A stretch of DNA of 64,000 nt, taken from an uncultured Gammaproteobacteria bacterium. Lineage in GTDB: Bacteria; Patescibacteriota; Microgenomatia; UBA10105. The notes beneath the pieces were generated by a model that saw only the letters and a program-made list of their open reading frames with translations, made no database searches and was not told where the DNA came from. The DNA lies in assembly GCA_964387625.1 (NCBI GenBank), contig CAYLWN010000001.1, forward strand, positions 35,560-99,559, in the 5' to 3' direction. The translations under genes were made by a program, and so were the position numbers. Shown piece by piece: positions 40,911 through 50,198 of this stretch; positions within the stretch are counted from its first letter, which is position 1, and every line of letters begins with the position of its first letter.

Positions 40911-41503
40911 AGTTTCTTAATTTTTAATAAATTATAGCTATATTTGTTCCAAACACGATCATATATAGAAAACGATGCATAAAACTTACCACCGGTTGAT
41001 TTATAAAATTCATTTGCAGGAAAGTTTGATGATAACGTACCTACTTTTAAATGTTTAATATTTATATTAATAAGTTTTTTTTTCAGTTGTGATATTAATT
41101 TATTACCGATTCCCATGCGACGATGATGTTTATCGATTGCCAGAATTAATATTTCAGATGAAATTCCATCAGAGCAATTTCCATAGAAAATTGTTTGCCA
41201 AATATTTATTATAGTTTTTGGAGATATGATAATTTTTTTTAATATAAATGGTAAAAATTTCCAAAATCCTTCAACAAGAGCTTTTTTCATAGTTATTTTT
41301 GTATTGGTAGTTGCTAATATAAAACCAACTAATTCATTTTTGTCATAATATCCTAAATTTATGATCTCGGATTGATTTATTAATTGTGCATGTAAGTTTT
41401 TTAGAAATCTCAGCCCAAATCCGGGAAGAAAATCATTAGTCATTCCTTCATAATGAATCTTAGCAGAAGATATAAGATCACCTTGTTTTAAATTTTTTAT
41501 CAT
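40907..41503 (-). CDS. GNAT N-acyltransferase
   Basis: FL..FG..FL, LAIDKHHRRMGIG (acyl-CoA motif A), N..A..FY...G. Confidence 0.82.
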   Translation of the reverse strand: MIKNLKQGDLISSAKIHYEGMTNDFLPGFGLRFLKNLHAQLINQSEIINLGYYDKNELVGFILATTNTKITMKKALVEGFWKFLPFILKKIIISPKTIINIWQTIFYGNCSDGISSEILILAIDKHHRRMGIGNKLISQLKKKLININIKHLKVGTLSSNFPANEFYKSTGGKFYASFSIYDRVWNKYSYNLLKIKKL

Positions 41504-42456
41504 ATACGATTATTTTTATACCAATTAACAAATTTTTTTATTCCTTGACTAAATTTAGTTTTAGGTTTCCAGCTAATAATTTTTTTAGCTTTATCTATAT
41601 TAGCATAAGTTATTTTTGATTCCGCGCTTATTATTGGTTTATTTATGATAATTAATTTATTTTTAGTATATTTCTCTATATATAATATTAATTTATTTAA
41701 TGTAATAGGGTAAGAATTACCAATATTAAAAATATTAAAAGTCAAAGGTTTTTCAATGCATTTTATAATCGCCTGAACGATATCATCTATGTAGGTAAAA
41801 TCACGTGCAGAATTACCTGGTCCGTATTTAATTACTGGCTTATTGGAATAAGCTGCCTTTGTAAAGATATAAGGAGCCATATCTGGTCTACCATGAGGAC
41901 CATAAACTGAAAAAAATCTTAAAATAACGGTAGGTAGTTTATGTTTTTTATATAGTTTTATAATAATTTTTTCAGCAGTAAGTTTTGATTTAGCATACGG
42001 GGAATTAGGATGCAATTTGCCATTTTCTTTAAAAGGAATTTTAGATATATTTCCATATACACTGCTTGATGAAGAAAAGATAAATTTATTTATATGATTT
42101 TCTATAGATAATTTATATACATTTTTTGTACCATATATGTTGACGTATTCATACAATTTTGGATTGGTAATTGAATTTCTAACTCCAGTAAGAGCTGCTA
42201 AATGAATTACAACTTGGGGTTTATATTTTAGAAATACTTTTTTTAGCTCCAAATAATCGAGAATATCAATTTTTTTAAATTCAAAATTTGGATATTGAGA
42301 AAGAATTTTTAAATTATCTTTTTTGAGTTTTTGAGAATAATTATTGATTATATTATCTATGCCAATTACCAATTTGTATTTTTTGATTAATTCTTGAGAG
42401 GTATGATAACCAATAAATCCCAAAGCTCCGGTGATTAAGATAGTTTGTGGTTTCAT
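41500..42456 (-). CDS. UDP-glucuronate 4-epimerase-like SDR (CapI/WcaG type)
   Basis: TGALGFIG, HLAALTGVRNS, SSSSVYG, SPYAKSK, RFFSVYGP.GRPDMA, RDFTYIDD. Confidence 0.82.
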   Translation of the reverse strand: MKPQTILITGALGFIGYHTSQELIKKYKLVIGIDNIINNYSQKLKKDNLKILSQYPNFEFKKIDILDYLELKKVFLKYKPQVVIHLAALTGVRNSITNPKLYEYVNIYGTKNVYKLSIENHINKFIFSSSSSVYGNISKIPFKENGKLHPNSPYAKSKLTAEKIIIKLYKKHKLPTVILRFFSVYGPHGRPDMAPYIFTKAAYSNKPVIKYGPGNSARDFTYIDDIVQAIIKCIEKPLTFNIFNIGNSYPITLNKLILYIEKYTKNKLIIINKPIISAESKITYANIDKAKKIISWKPKTKFSQGIKKFVNWYKNNRI

Positions 42457-42554
42457 TTCTTATAGCAGTATGGGGCAAGTTTTAAAACTACAGCAATATA
42501 GATGTCCATGATTTTGTATAATATATCAATTACAACAACCTGTCTAATATTGCT

Positions 42555-43523
42555 ATGATAACTTTTTTTTCCATACCAAAATCAGATAAAAACAATTCTA
42601 ATATCATTCAAAAGAACTCAATCAATAGTTGGCTTAAATTAACAGATGATATTATTCTGTTTGAGGGAAAAAAGGAAATTAATAATTATCAAATCAGTGA
42701 TAATATAAAAATAATTTCTGGTATTAAAGAAAATAAGTATGGAACGCCTATTTTATCTGATGTCTTTAAAAAAGTGTACCAAAAAGCAAAATATCCAATT
42801 TTGGCATATGTAAATACAGATATAATATTATTTCCTGACTTTATCGATACAATAAAACAAATTTATTTTAAGAAATATCTATTGATTTCTAAAAGACAAA
42901 ATATTTTGTTAAAAAAACAAATATCTTTTCAAACTAATTATGTATCAAATTTGACTAAGACATTAAATCAACAAGGGAGAGAAGAACCTATTGGTAATTC
43001 TTCAGAGTTTTTTGTTTTCCCCAAAATCGTTAGGTTTCAAATGCCGAATTTTGCAGTGGGAAGATTATATTGGGACAGCTGGATAATTTATCGGGCCAAG
43101 CTATTAAGAGTTCCGATTATTGATGGGACCAAAACTATTCATTGTTTACATCAAATTCACGATTATGCTCATCATCCAAATGGTAAAGATGGAGTTTGGA
43201 ATGGACCGGAGGCAAATCTAAATTACAGGTTATCAGGTGGTGGAAAAACACGTTTTAAAGTAAATGATGCCGATTGGATAACTACGGAAAATGGAATAAT
43301 TAAGCCAAAAAATTCTATAAGAAGATATATTAGAACAATCAGGATAAAGGGAATAATTTACCCGAAATTAAATATTATTTTCTTTCCTTTATTTTTATTA
43401 TTGAATGTATGTTTTAAATTAATTATTTTAATGAAATTTTTATTATTTAAACGGGGTATTTTAAGTATAATTGATGCAATTAAACATCCGGAGGATATTG
43501 AGTATAAATTTAAAGAATTGTAA
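42555..43523 (+). CDS. Conserved glycan-cluster protein, possibly GT-A fold
   Basis: Q.NSI.SW, YGTP, YVNTDII (DxD-like), FAVGR..WD.W, HQIHDY.H; hydrophobic C-terminal segment. Confidence 0.55.
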   Translation: MITFFSIPKSDKNNSNIIQKNSINSWLKLTDDIILFEGKKEINNYQISDNIKIISGIKENKYGTPILSDVFKKVYQKAKYPILAYVNTDIILFPDFIDTIKQIYFKKYLLISKRQNILLKKQISFQTNYVSNLTKTLNQQGREEPIGNSSEFFVFPKIVRFQMPNFAVGRLYWDSWIIYRAKLLRVPIIDGTKTIHCLHQIHDYAHHPNGKDGVWNGPEANLNYRLSGGGKTRFKVNDADWITTENGIIKPKNSIRRYIRTIRIKGIIYPKLNIIFFPLFLLLNVCFKLIILMKFLLFKRGILSIIDAIKHPEDIEYKFKEL

Positions 43524-43526
43524 TTT

Positions 43527-44543
43527 TTATCTTTCGGTGAGCCGGTGTTCAACAGTTTCTCGGACGATATTTCTATCATGAGTAGTAAAGTACCACTCAA
43601 TAGTTTTGTGTAAACCATTAAAAAATTTTACTTTCGGTTTCCAGCCTAGTAATTTATAAGCTAAAGAATTATCAGCGACACGATTTAAAGGCCCAATCGG
43701 CATATTTGGTTTAAATTTTATACGGGGATGAAATTTAGTATATTTACATATTTCCTGCACAGCATCGATAACTTTTATCCTTTCCATGGTTCCTAAATTT
43801 ACTGCCGTACCATCATGGAGTTTTTCAGCTGCCAAAATTGTGCCTTTGACAATATCGCCAACATATGTCCAATTACGTATCTGTTCGCCGTTGCCCCATA
43901 TTTCAAATGGATCTTGTTTGATAAAAGCTTTGGCGATCATGGCTATAACAGCATGATTTTCTAACCCACGTTCACCATAAACTGTAAAGTAACGGCAGGA
44001 AGCAGTTTTGATTCCCCATTCATGATAAAACGCTTTCAATGTCAACTCTCCCATAAGTTTCGCCCAACCGTACATATTGTCTGCATCAAATGGAGGTTTA
44101 ACTAAGTTTTCTTTTAAATAAAGATTTTTTTTAGGATTGGTTTGCAAAAAATTTGGGTAAACACAACCTGAAGAAGCAAAAACGATTTTTTCCACTCCTT
44201 GTTTTATAGCAGTTAAAAACACTGCTCCATCCAAAGTTAAATTGGTGCTGCAAGCTGCTTGATGTAAGTCTACATAACCTCGACCACCATGATCGCATGC
44301 TAAATGAAAGACGACATCAATATTGGAACACGCTTTTTTTGTTACAGCTGAATTCATTAAATCAGCCTGAATAAATTCTATGGCAGAATTTTTTATATGG
44401 CTTTTTAAATTATCTTTTTTTCCGGAGATTAAATTATCAACTACCCGAACCTTTGCTCCTAGTTTCACTAACGCATCGACCAAGTGAGAGCCAATAAAAG
44501 ATGCACCTCCTGTTATCAAGATACGGGTTTTTTTCCAGTTCAT
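43527..44543 (-). CDS. SDR epimerase, GDP-mannose 3,5-epimerase-like
   Basis: TGGASFIG, HLACDHGGRGY, ASSGCVYP, YGWAK, IWGNGEQIR. Confidence 0.72.
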   Translation of the reverse strand: MNWKKTRILITGGASFIGSHLVDALVKLGAKVRVVDNLISGKKDNLKSHIKNSAIEFIQADLMNSAVTKKACSNIDVVFHLACDHGGRGYVDLHQAACSTNLTLDGAVFLTAIKQGVEKIVFASSGCVYPNFLQTNPKKNLYLKENLVKPPFDADNMYGWAKLMGELTLKAFYHEWGIKTASCRYFTVYGERGLENHAVIAMIAKAFIKQDPFEIWGNGEQIRNWTYVGDIVKGTILAAEKLHDGTAVNLGTMERIKVIDAVQEICKYTKFHPRIKFKPNMPIGPLNRVADNSLAYKLLGWKPKVKFFNGLHKTIEWYFTTHDRNIVRETVEHRLTER

Positions 44544-45862
44544 ATTTTATTTAAACCGATTCCAATAGGATAATATTTTATATTATTGATGATATCAACA
44601 GATTTAATAATTCTCCAGCAATCAATAAGTATTGGTTTTCTTTTTTTATTTATTTGAATACTGTTTATTTCTTTAAAAGGAAGTGTTATTACAGATAAAG
44701 GATGATTGTCAATGCATTCCTTTATTGAATTAACATATTTTACTCTATTTCCAAATATTTTTTTAGCATTGTTTTCTGCTTGCGGATCATAAATAGTGAC
44801 GGGCCGTTTGTTTTTTATAAGTAATTGAGCTAATTTTAAACCAAGAGATTCATCAATAACATCAGTATTATTCCTATAAGCTATTCCTATAATTGCGATT
44901 TTATCTTTTGGTTTAACTTTTGAAATTATCAAATTATATATTCTTCTAAATTGATGTGAATTTATTTTGTCAGTAGCATAAGCTAAGGATATTTTTGTTT
45001 TGTAACGATTACCGGTATAAATTAATGCTTTATTATCTCGGGGAAAACAGGGACCACCATAACTTGGACCTCCTTTTAAATACTTATTTCCAATCCGTGA
45101 ATCATTGCCTAAGGCATGTGTTATGGTATCGATATTTGCTCCGGGAATTTTTTCACACAGTTCAGAAAGCATATTTGCATATGATATTTTAGTTGTGATA
45201 AATGTATTTAGGGCAATTTTTGTAATTTCTGCATTAACATGATTCATGGTGATAATTTTAGGATTATTTAAACAAATTTTATTATAAAAATTTGACATTA
45301 TTTTTGAGCTTTTTAAATCAGAAGAGCCAATTAATACGAAGTCGGGATTTAAAAAGTTACTGATTACATTTCCTAATGCTACAAAAGAAGGATTGTAGCA
45401 GATGCCAAAATCTTTACCGGATATCTTTCCCGAAGTTTTTTCTATAATTGGTAAAATGTCTTTTTGTAATGATCCAGGCATAACAGTGCTAACAATTGCA
45501 ACTACATGAAATTCTTTTTTTTGTTTAAGTGAAGCCCCTATTTTTTTTAATGCTGAAATTACAAAACTATTTGTGAAACCACCGCCTGGTAAACTAGGTG
45601 TGGGCACGATTATAAACGAGATGGATGATTTAATTATTGCGTCATTATAATCTAATGTTGCATGGATATTTTTTTTATATTTAATTAAATAATCTTTATA
45701 TAAGGGTTCATTTATGTGTGCTTTGCCTTGATTTACTGATTTTATATTATCATTATTTATATCGACACCTATAATTTTAAATCCTTGTTTGGCACAAGCT
45801 GCAGCGATTGGTGCACCAAGTTTACCTAAACCAAAAATTGATATTGTAGATTTTAAATACAT
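44540..45862 (-). CDS. ugd: UDP-glucose/GDP-mannose 6-dehydrogenase family
   Basis: GLGKLG, VPTPS, STVMPG, AEITKIALN, KISYAN, DSRIG, YGGPCFPRD (catalytic Cys). Confidence 0.85.
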   Translation of the reverse strand: MYLKSTISIFGLGKLGAPIAAACAKQGFKIIGVDINNDNIKSVNQGKAHINEPLYKDYLIKYKKNIHATLDYNDAIIKSSISFIIVPTPSLPGGGFTNSFVISALKKIGASLKQKKEFHVVAIVSTVMPGSLQKDILPIIEKTSGKISGKDFGICYNPSFVALGNVISNFLNPDFVLIGSSDLKSSKIMSNFYNKICLNNPKIITMNHVNAEITKIALNTFITTKISYANMLSELCEKIPGANIDTITHALGNDSRIGNKYLKGGPSYGGPCFPRDNKALIYTGNRYKTKISLAYATDKINSHQFRRIYNLIISKVKPKDKIAIIGIAYRNNTDVIDESLGLKLAQLLIKNKRPVTIYDPQAENNAKKIFGNRVKYVNSIKECIDNHPLSVITLPFKEINSIQINKKRKPILIDCWRIIKSVDIINNIKYYPIGIGLNKI

Positions 45863-45938
45863 TGTAAATTAATTGAAATCTATTAATACATTTTAAGATA
45901 ATACCATATTGTTATAACAATAACTTTAAAAGTTTTTT

Positions 45939-46769
45939 CTAATTTAATGGTATTGCTTTAATTAAAATATGCCAACCAAAATTTTTTTCTAACCATTTAA
46001 AAATTGATTTCGGAATTATTGTCCAATACCAAGTTTTTTGATAAATGTATTTACGGTATTTGTTAATGTTGTATGGAAAAATATGATCAATCCATATATT
46101 CGTGATACGAAAACCTTTTAATAATTCTTTTGCTTGCGGTATTGTATATACATAACTAACAGGAGATCCAATTGCTGCTTCTGAATATTTGCTTATAAGT
46201 TCATTTATCCTCCAGAATGCAGCATTTCCATATTTTAAAATAATCCAGAAAACCTTCCATGAATATTTATGATAAAGCATTATCCGAAGTTCAGTTTTTG
46301 GATACGTATACTTTTTTAATTCTTTTATCACGTTTTTTGGATTAGGCGTGTGATGTATAACTCCAAAAGAATAAATTAAATCATAGGGTTTTATTGGAAC
46401 TGTCTTAGACAGTTGTTCTGCGTTAGCGTGATAGAATTTTATTCTTTTTGTAAGAACAAATATTTGAGAACGTTTTTTGGCAATAGAAATTGATGATTTT
46501 GAAACATCGACCGCAGTTACAAAAGCTCCCGCTCTTGCAAAATTTATCGTATCAGTTCCAATTCCACAACCAATTTCTAATACTTCTTTATTTTTCCATT
46601 TTGCAAACTGAGTAAATTGTGGAATATGCGGTTCAACAAAATATTTCCTTTTTTCTATTTCATTGAAATATTTTTTTGTACCAAATATTGATTTTGAGTG
46701 TTTGATATTACAAGGATGTTTATTCCAAAACTTAGATACAATATTTATAGAAACTGTTTTATAGTTCAT
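45939..46769 (-). CDS. Class I SAM methyltransferase
   Basis: VLEIGCGIGTD, AVDVS, DLIYSFGVIHHTP. Confidence 0.88.
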   Translation of the reverse strand: MNYKTVSINIVSKFWNKHPCNIKHSKSIFGTKKYFNEIEKRKYFVEPHIPQFTQFAKWKNKEVLEIGCGIGTDTINFARAGAFVTAVDVSKSSISIAKKRSQIFVLTKRIKFYHANAEQLSKTVPIKPYDLIYSFGVIHHTPNPKNVIKELKKYTYPKTELRIMLYHKYSWKVFWIILKYGNAAFWRINELISKYSEAAIGSPVSYVYTIPQAKELLKGFRITNIWIDHIFPYNINKYRKYIYQKTWYWTIIPKSIFKWLEKNFGWHILIKAIPLN

Positions 46770-47701
46770 TTATTAAATAATAATTTTAATGTAAGCAATG
46801 GAGAATCCATAAAAATATTGATCACTCTTTTGATATTTACTAATGAAGGATAGTGTAAAACACTCTGGATAAGCATTTTGAGTGCTAATAAATTTTTTTC
46901 ATTTATTGCTTGTTGTGCTGTCCAGAAACTTAGTCCACTATATGCTTTATATTTAAGAAAGGGAATCATTTTATATTTAGTATATCTATTTAGAGCTTTA
47001 TCAATCACGATTTTTTTTGCCTTATAAAATCTCATAGCATATCTTTGTGCATGTGAATCATTGTGAGAATATGCTCGATATTTTGATATAACACCAGGAA
47101 TATGTTTCATAGAGAATTTAGAGGCGATTCTGATCCACATTTCAAAATCAGGGCAAGTATCAAGGTTTTTATCAGCATAAAAACCTACTTTTTTAAAATA
47201 TTTTGTTTGTATGAAAGCAGCCTGTGCGGGAGGTACTAGTTCTACACAAAATAGTTTTTTTAAATCATATTGATCTGAAGTTGCGATTTTAATGAGTTTC
47301 CCATTTTTGTCTATGAGGTACACATCTCCATAAATCACTGCATAATCAGGAAAAAGTGAAAAGTTTGTTATAGCCCAAGCACATGCATATGGTAATAATT
47401 CATCATCAGCATTTAAAATTAAAAGGTAATCTCCTTTTGCTTGTTGAATAGCCTTATTTAATCCGTCTGATTGTCCAATATCTTTTTGTGAAGAAATTTT
47501 TATTCTATTAATATATTTTTGTTTTCGATATTTTTTTAAAATTGCCTGAGTATTATCTGTTGATTTTCCGTCATGGATAATATGTTCTACATAGGGATAA
47601 TCTTGATGCAAAACACTTTGAATACATCCGTCTAAAAATTGACCCATATTATAGGTTGGGGTGATGATAGAAATCAGTGGATGATTCTTTGAATAAGTCA
47701 T
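46766..47701 (-). CDS. GT2 glycosyltransferase
   Basis: ISIITPTYN, DGKSTD, LNADD, VIYGD, DFEMWIR. Confidence 0.9.
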   Translation of the reverse strand: MTYSKNHPLISIITPTYNMGQFLDGCIQSVLHQDYPYVEHIIHDGKSTDNTQAILKKYRKQKYINRIKISSQKDIGQSDGLNKAIQQAKGDYLLILNADDELLPYACAWAITNFSLFPDYAVIYGDVYLIDKNGKLIKIATSDQYDLKKLFCVELVPPAQAAFIQTKYFKKVGFYADKNLDTCPDFEMWIRIASKFSMKHIPGVISKYRAYSHNDSHAQRYAMRFYKAKKIVIDKALNRYTKYKMIPFLKYKAYSGLSFWTAQQAINEKNLLALKMLIQSVLHYPSLVNIKRVINIFMDSPLLTLKLLFNK

Positions 47702-47715
47702 ATTTGTTTATATCT

Positions 47716-48942
47716 CTATATCTTAGTTATAATTAAGGAGCCGCTAAATCCAGAAAAAAATTTTCTGTAATTTTTAATATTTTTAAAATACTCATCAATT
47801 GCATATCTGGCACCAATGCATTGAACATGTCCATAATCCTCAAATAAAATTATTCCTCCCTTTGATAATCTGGGAAAAATTTTTTCGGTTACTAACTTAA
47901 CTGCCCGATAAGAGTCACAATCGACATTTACAAACGAAAAGTGGTTAATTAATAATTTGTCAATCGTATCAAAAAAATCTCCTTTTATTAAAGATACATT
48001 TTTGTATGAAGAAAACATTTTCTTGATACTTATAAAATTTACTTTATGTGTATTACTCCAAAATCTGTCAATACCTAGACGTTCATAAGGAAATTGTTTA
48101 TATGTATCACATAAGAATATTTTTTTATTTATATTTAATCTGCGTACAATCTCACTAATTACTAATCCGGAATGACCTCGATATGTACCAAATTCAGCGA
48201 TTTCACCCTGAACATTTTTAGTTTGTATTAAAGCTTGGTATAAATCTAGTACGTCTTCTAAAGGACATTTAACCTCACATTTTGCTAAGCTATATCTATA
48301 TATATCAAAAACAAGTTTATCATCGAAAACACTAGAAATATAATTTAATGAAGGTGGGTATTGGGTAGGTAGACTCACTTTATAAATTAAATTACGATAT
48401 TTTGTTTTTAAATTTGCTGTTAATATTTTTATCAATTTATATATTGATGAATTGTCATCATAACATAAAACGATATTATCAATTTGATTTTTCTCTTTTT
48501 GATTAAATAACTTTTTTAAAATATATTTTGATAAATCAGATAATGAATTTGATTTTAATGATTGTGCACTAAGTCTTAAAAGTCTAATTGATGCTTTATC
48601 TGATTTGGAGAATGTAGAATATAAATTTGTTATATTTTTACCAGGCCCTATTAAAATGGTAAGTTTATTTGATAAATATTTCTTTATTTCTGATGAAATA
48701 AAAACCAGCCATTGCTGATAAGTAAAACTCGAATTCCATTGATTAATCTTATATTTATCACTCCACAAGTAGAAATATTTATTAGCAGTGTTTTTGATAT
48801 AAGTGATCAAATGTGATTTAATAATTCTCCAATTTAGAAAATCATGTTTAAGTGAATAAATGTTAAATTTTGTTGCTGTTAATTTTAAATAAATTATATA
48901 ATCGATAATATCAGTTAACATAAAATAATTTTCTCCGGACAC
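47716..48942 (-). CDS. TylF/MycF/NovP-family O-methyltransferase with an unknown ~200-aa N-terminal domain
   Basis: C-terminal GEIAEFGTYRG, CDTY, IKGDFFDT, VDCDSY, GG...FEDYG. Start may be ATG 48921. Confidence 0.82.
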   Translation of the reverse strand: MSGENYFMLTDIIDYIIYLKLTATKFNIYSLKHDFLNWRIIKSHLITYIKNTANKYFYLWSDKYKINQWNSSFTYQQWLVFISSEIKKYLSNKLTILIGPGKNITNLYSTFSKSDKASIRLLRLSAQSLKSNSLSDLSKYILKKLFNQKEKNQIDNIVLCYDDNSSIYKLIKILTANLKTKYRNLIYKVSLPTQYPPSLNYISSVFDDKLVFDIYRYSLAKCEVKCPLEDVLDLYQALIQTKNVQGEIAEFGTYRGHSGLVISEIVRRLNINKKIFLCDTYKQFPYERLGIDRFWSNTHKVNFISIKKMFSSYKNVSLIKGDFFDTIDKLLINHFSFVNVDCDSYRAVKLVTEKIFPRLSKGGIILFEDYGHVQCIGARYAIDEYFKNIKNYRKFFSGFSGSLIITKI

Positions 48943-48974
48943 TTAAAAAAATTAAATTAGATAGACGTTATCTT

Positions 48975-50198
48975 ATGAAGAAAAAAATAAAAAAGCAAAT
49001 ATTGATTATAGGTGGAGGATACTGTGGTTGTAGTATTGCCAGAATACTGTCAGACAGAGGATTTGAAGTCAAAATTTTTGAACAAACAAGTCGGATCGGG
49101 GGCATGGCAATTTCATATTATAAAGAGGGCATGGTTTTTGAACTTGGGCCACATGTTATAGCAAATCATGCTTCCAATCAGCTTTCAATGGAGTTTTTAA
49201 AAAAGTATATTAAACTAAATCCGACAGTAATTCATTCAGCAACTTACATTCAAAATAAATATTTAAATTATCCACCGCTTTATCAAGATATTAAACACTT
49301 AAAACAAAACCACAAAATATTTAAAGAACTACTGAATTTACCAAGTAAGCCAGATATTAAAAATTTTGAAACTTACTTGATATCTAAAGTAGGGATATCT
49401 CTATATAAAATATACTTTAAAAGTTTCACCAAAAAATTCTGGAAAATAAATCCCAGATTATTGAGTCATAAATGGGCAAAACTAAGACATCTAGGAAGCA
49501 GTTTATCTGAAAAACAAATGTATTTTAATAACAAATTCTGCAGCTATCCTAAATTGGATTTTAACGAATTATTTGTTAATTTATCAAAAAATATCAATAT
49601 TTTATTCAATCATAAAATAACAAAAATTGATTTTAAAAATTCTACAATTGAGACATCAACGGGACAAAAATTTACAGGAGACCTGATTATTAGTACTATT
49701 AGTATTGATGAATTATTACGATTTAGATTTAATAAATTAGCTTACCGTGGTTATAGTATCAAACCGGTAATAATCCACAAAAGTTATTTTCATCCAATAG
49801 ACAGTAAAACTCACAAGCATTTTGGAATTGTTTATTATCCTGAAAATAATTACACCCATACAAGAATTACGGAATATAAATCATACAATCAAAAACACAA
49901 TACACCGGCGTTTATAAATCGAACCTTAATAACTGTTGAAACACCCTCCAAAATTAAAAAGTATTATCCTATTATGAATGACGAAAATGAAGATATATTT
50001 AAAAAAAATATTAGATTAATATCCGATTATAATCGAGTTGTTAGTTTAGGCAGATTAGGTCTGTATAAATACATGACACTAGACACCACCACGGAACAAA
50101 TATTTAGATTTTTAAAATATTTTGATAAGTGGACAGAAATTTCAAGTAGGGAAAGAGAAGCTGCTTATATGATTATTCGTGGAAGTTGGGATAATTAA
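48975..50198 (+). CDS. glf: UDP-galactopyranose mutase-like flavoprotein
   Basis: IIGGG..G (FAD), E..SRIGG, GPH, F..FT.K.W, TRITEYK, YYP, GRLGLYKY. Confidence 0.75.
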   Translation: MKKKIKKQILIIGGGYCGCSIARILSDRGFEVKIFEQTSRIGGMAISYYKEGMVFELGPHVIANHASNQLSMEFLKKYIKLNPTVIHSATYIQNKYLNYPPLYQDIKHLKQNHKIFKELLNLPSKPDIKNFETYLISKVGISLYKIYFKSFTKKFWKINPRLLSHKWAKLRHLGSSLSEKQMYFNNKFCSYPKLDFNELFVNLSKNINILFNHKITKIDFKNSTIETSTGQKFTGDLIISTISIDELLRFRFNKLAYRGYSIKPVIIHKSYFHPIDSKTHKHFGIVYYPENNYTHTRITEYKSYNQKHNTPAFINRTLITVETPSKIKKYYPIMNDENEDIFKKNIRLISDYNRVVSLGRLGLYKYMTLDTTTEQIFRFLKYFDKWTEISSREREAAYMIIRGSWDN

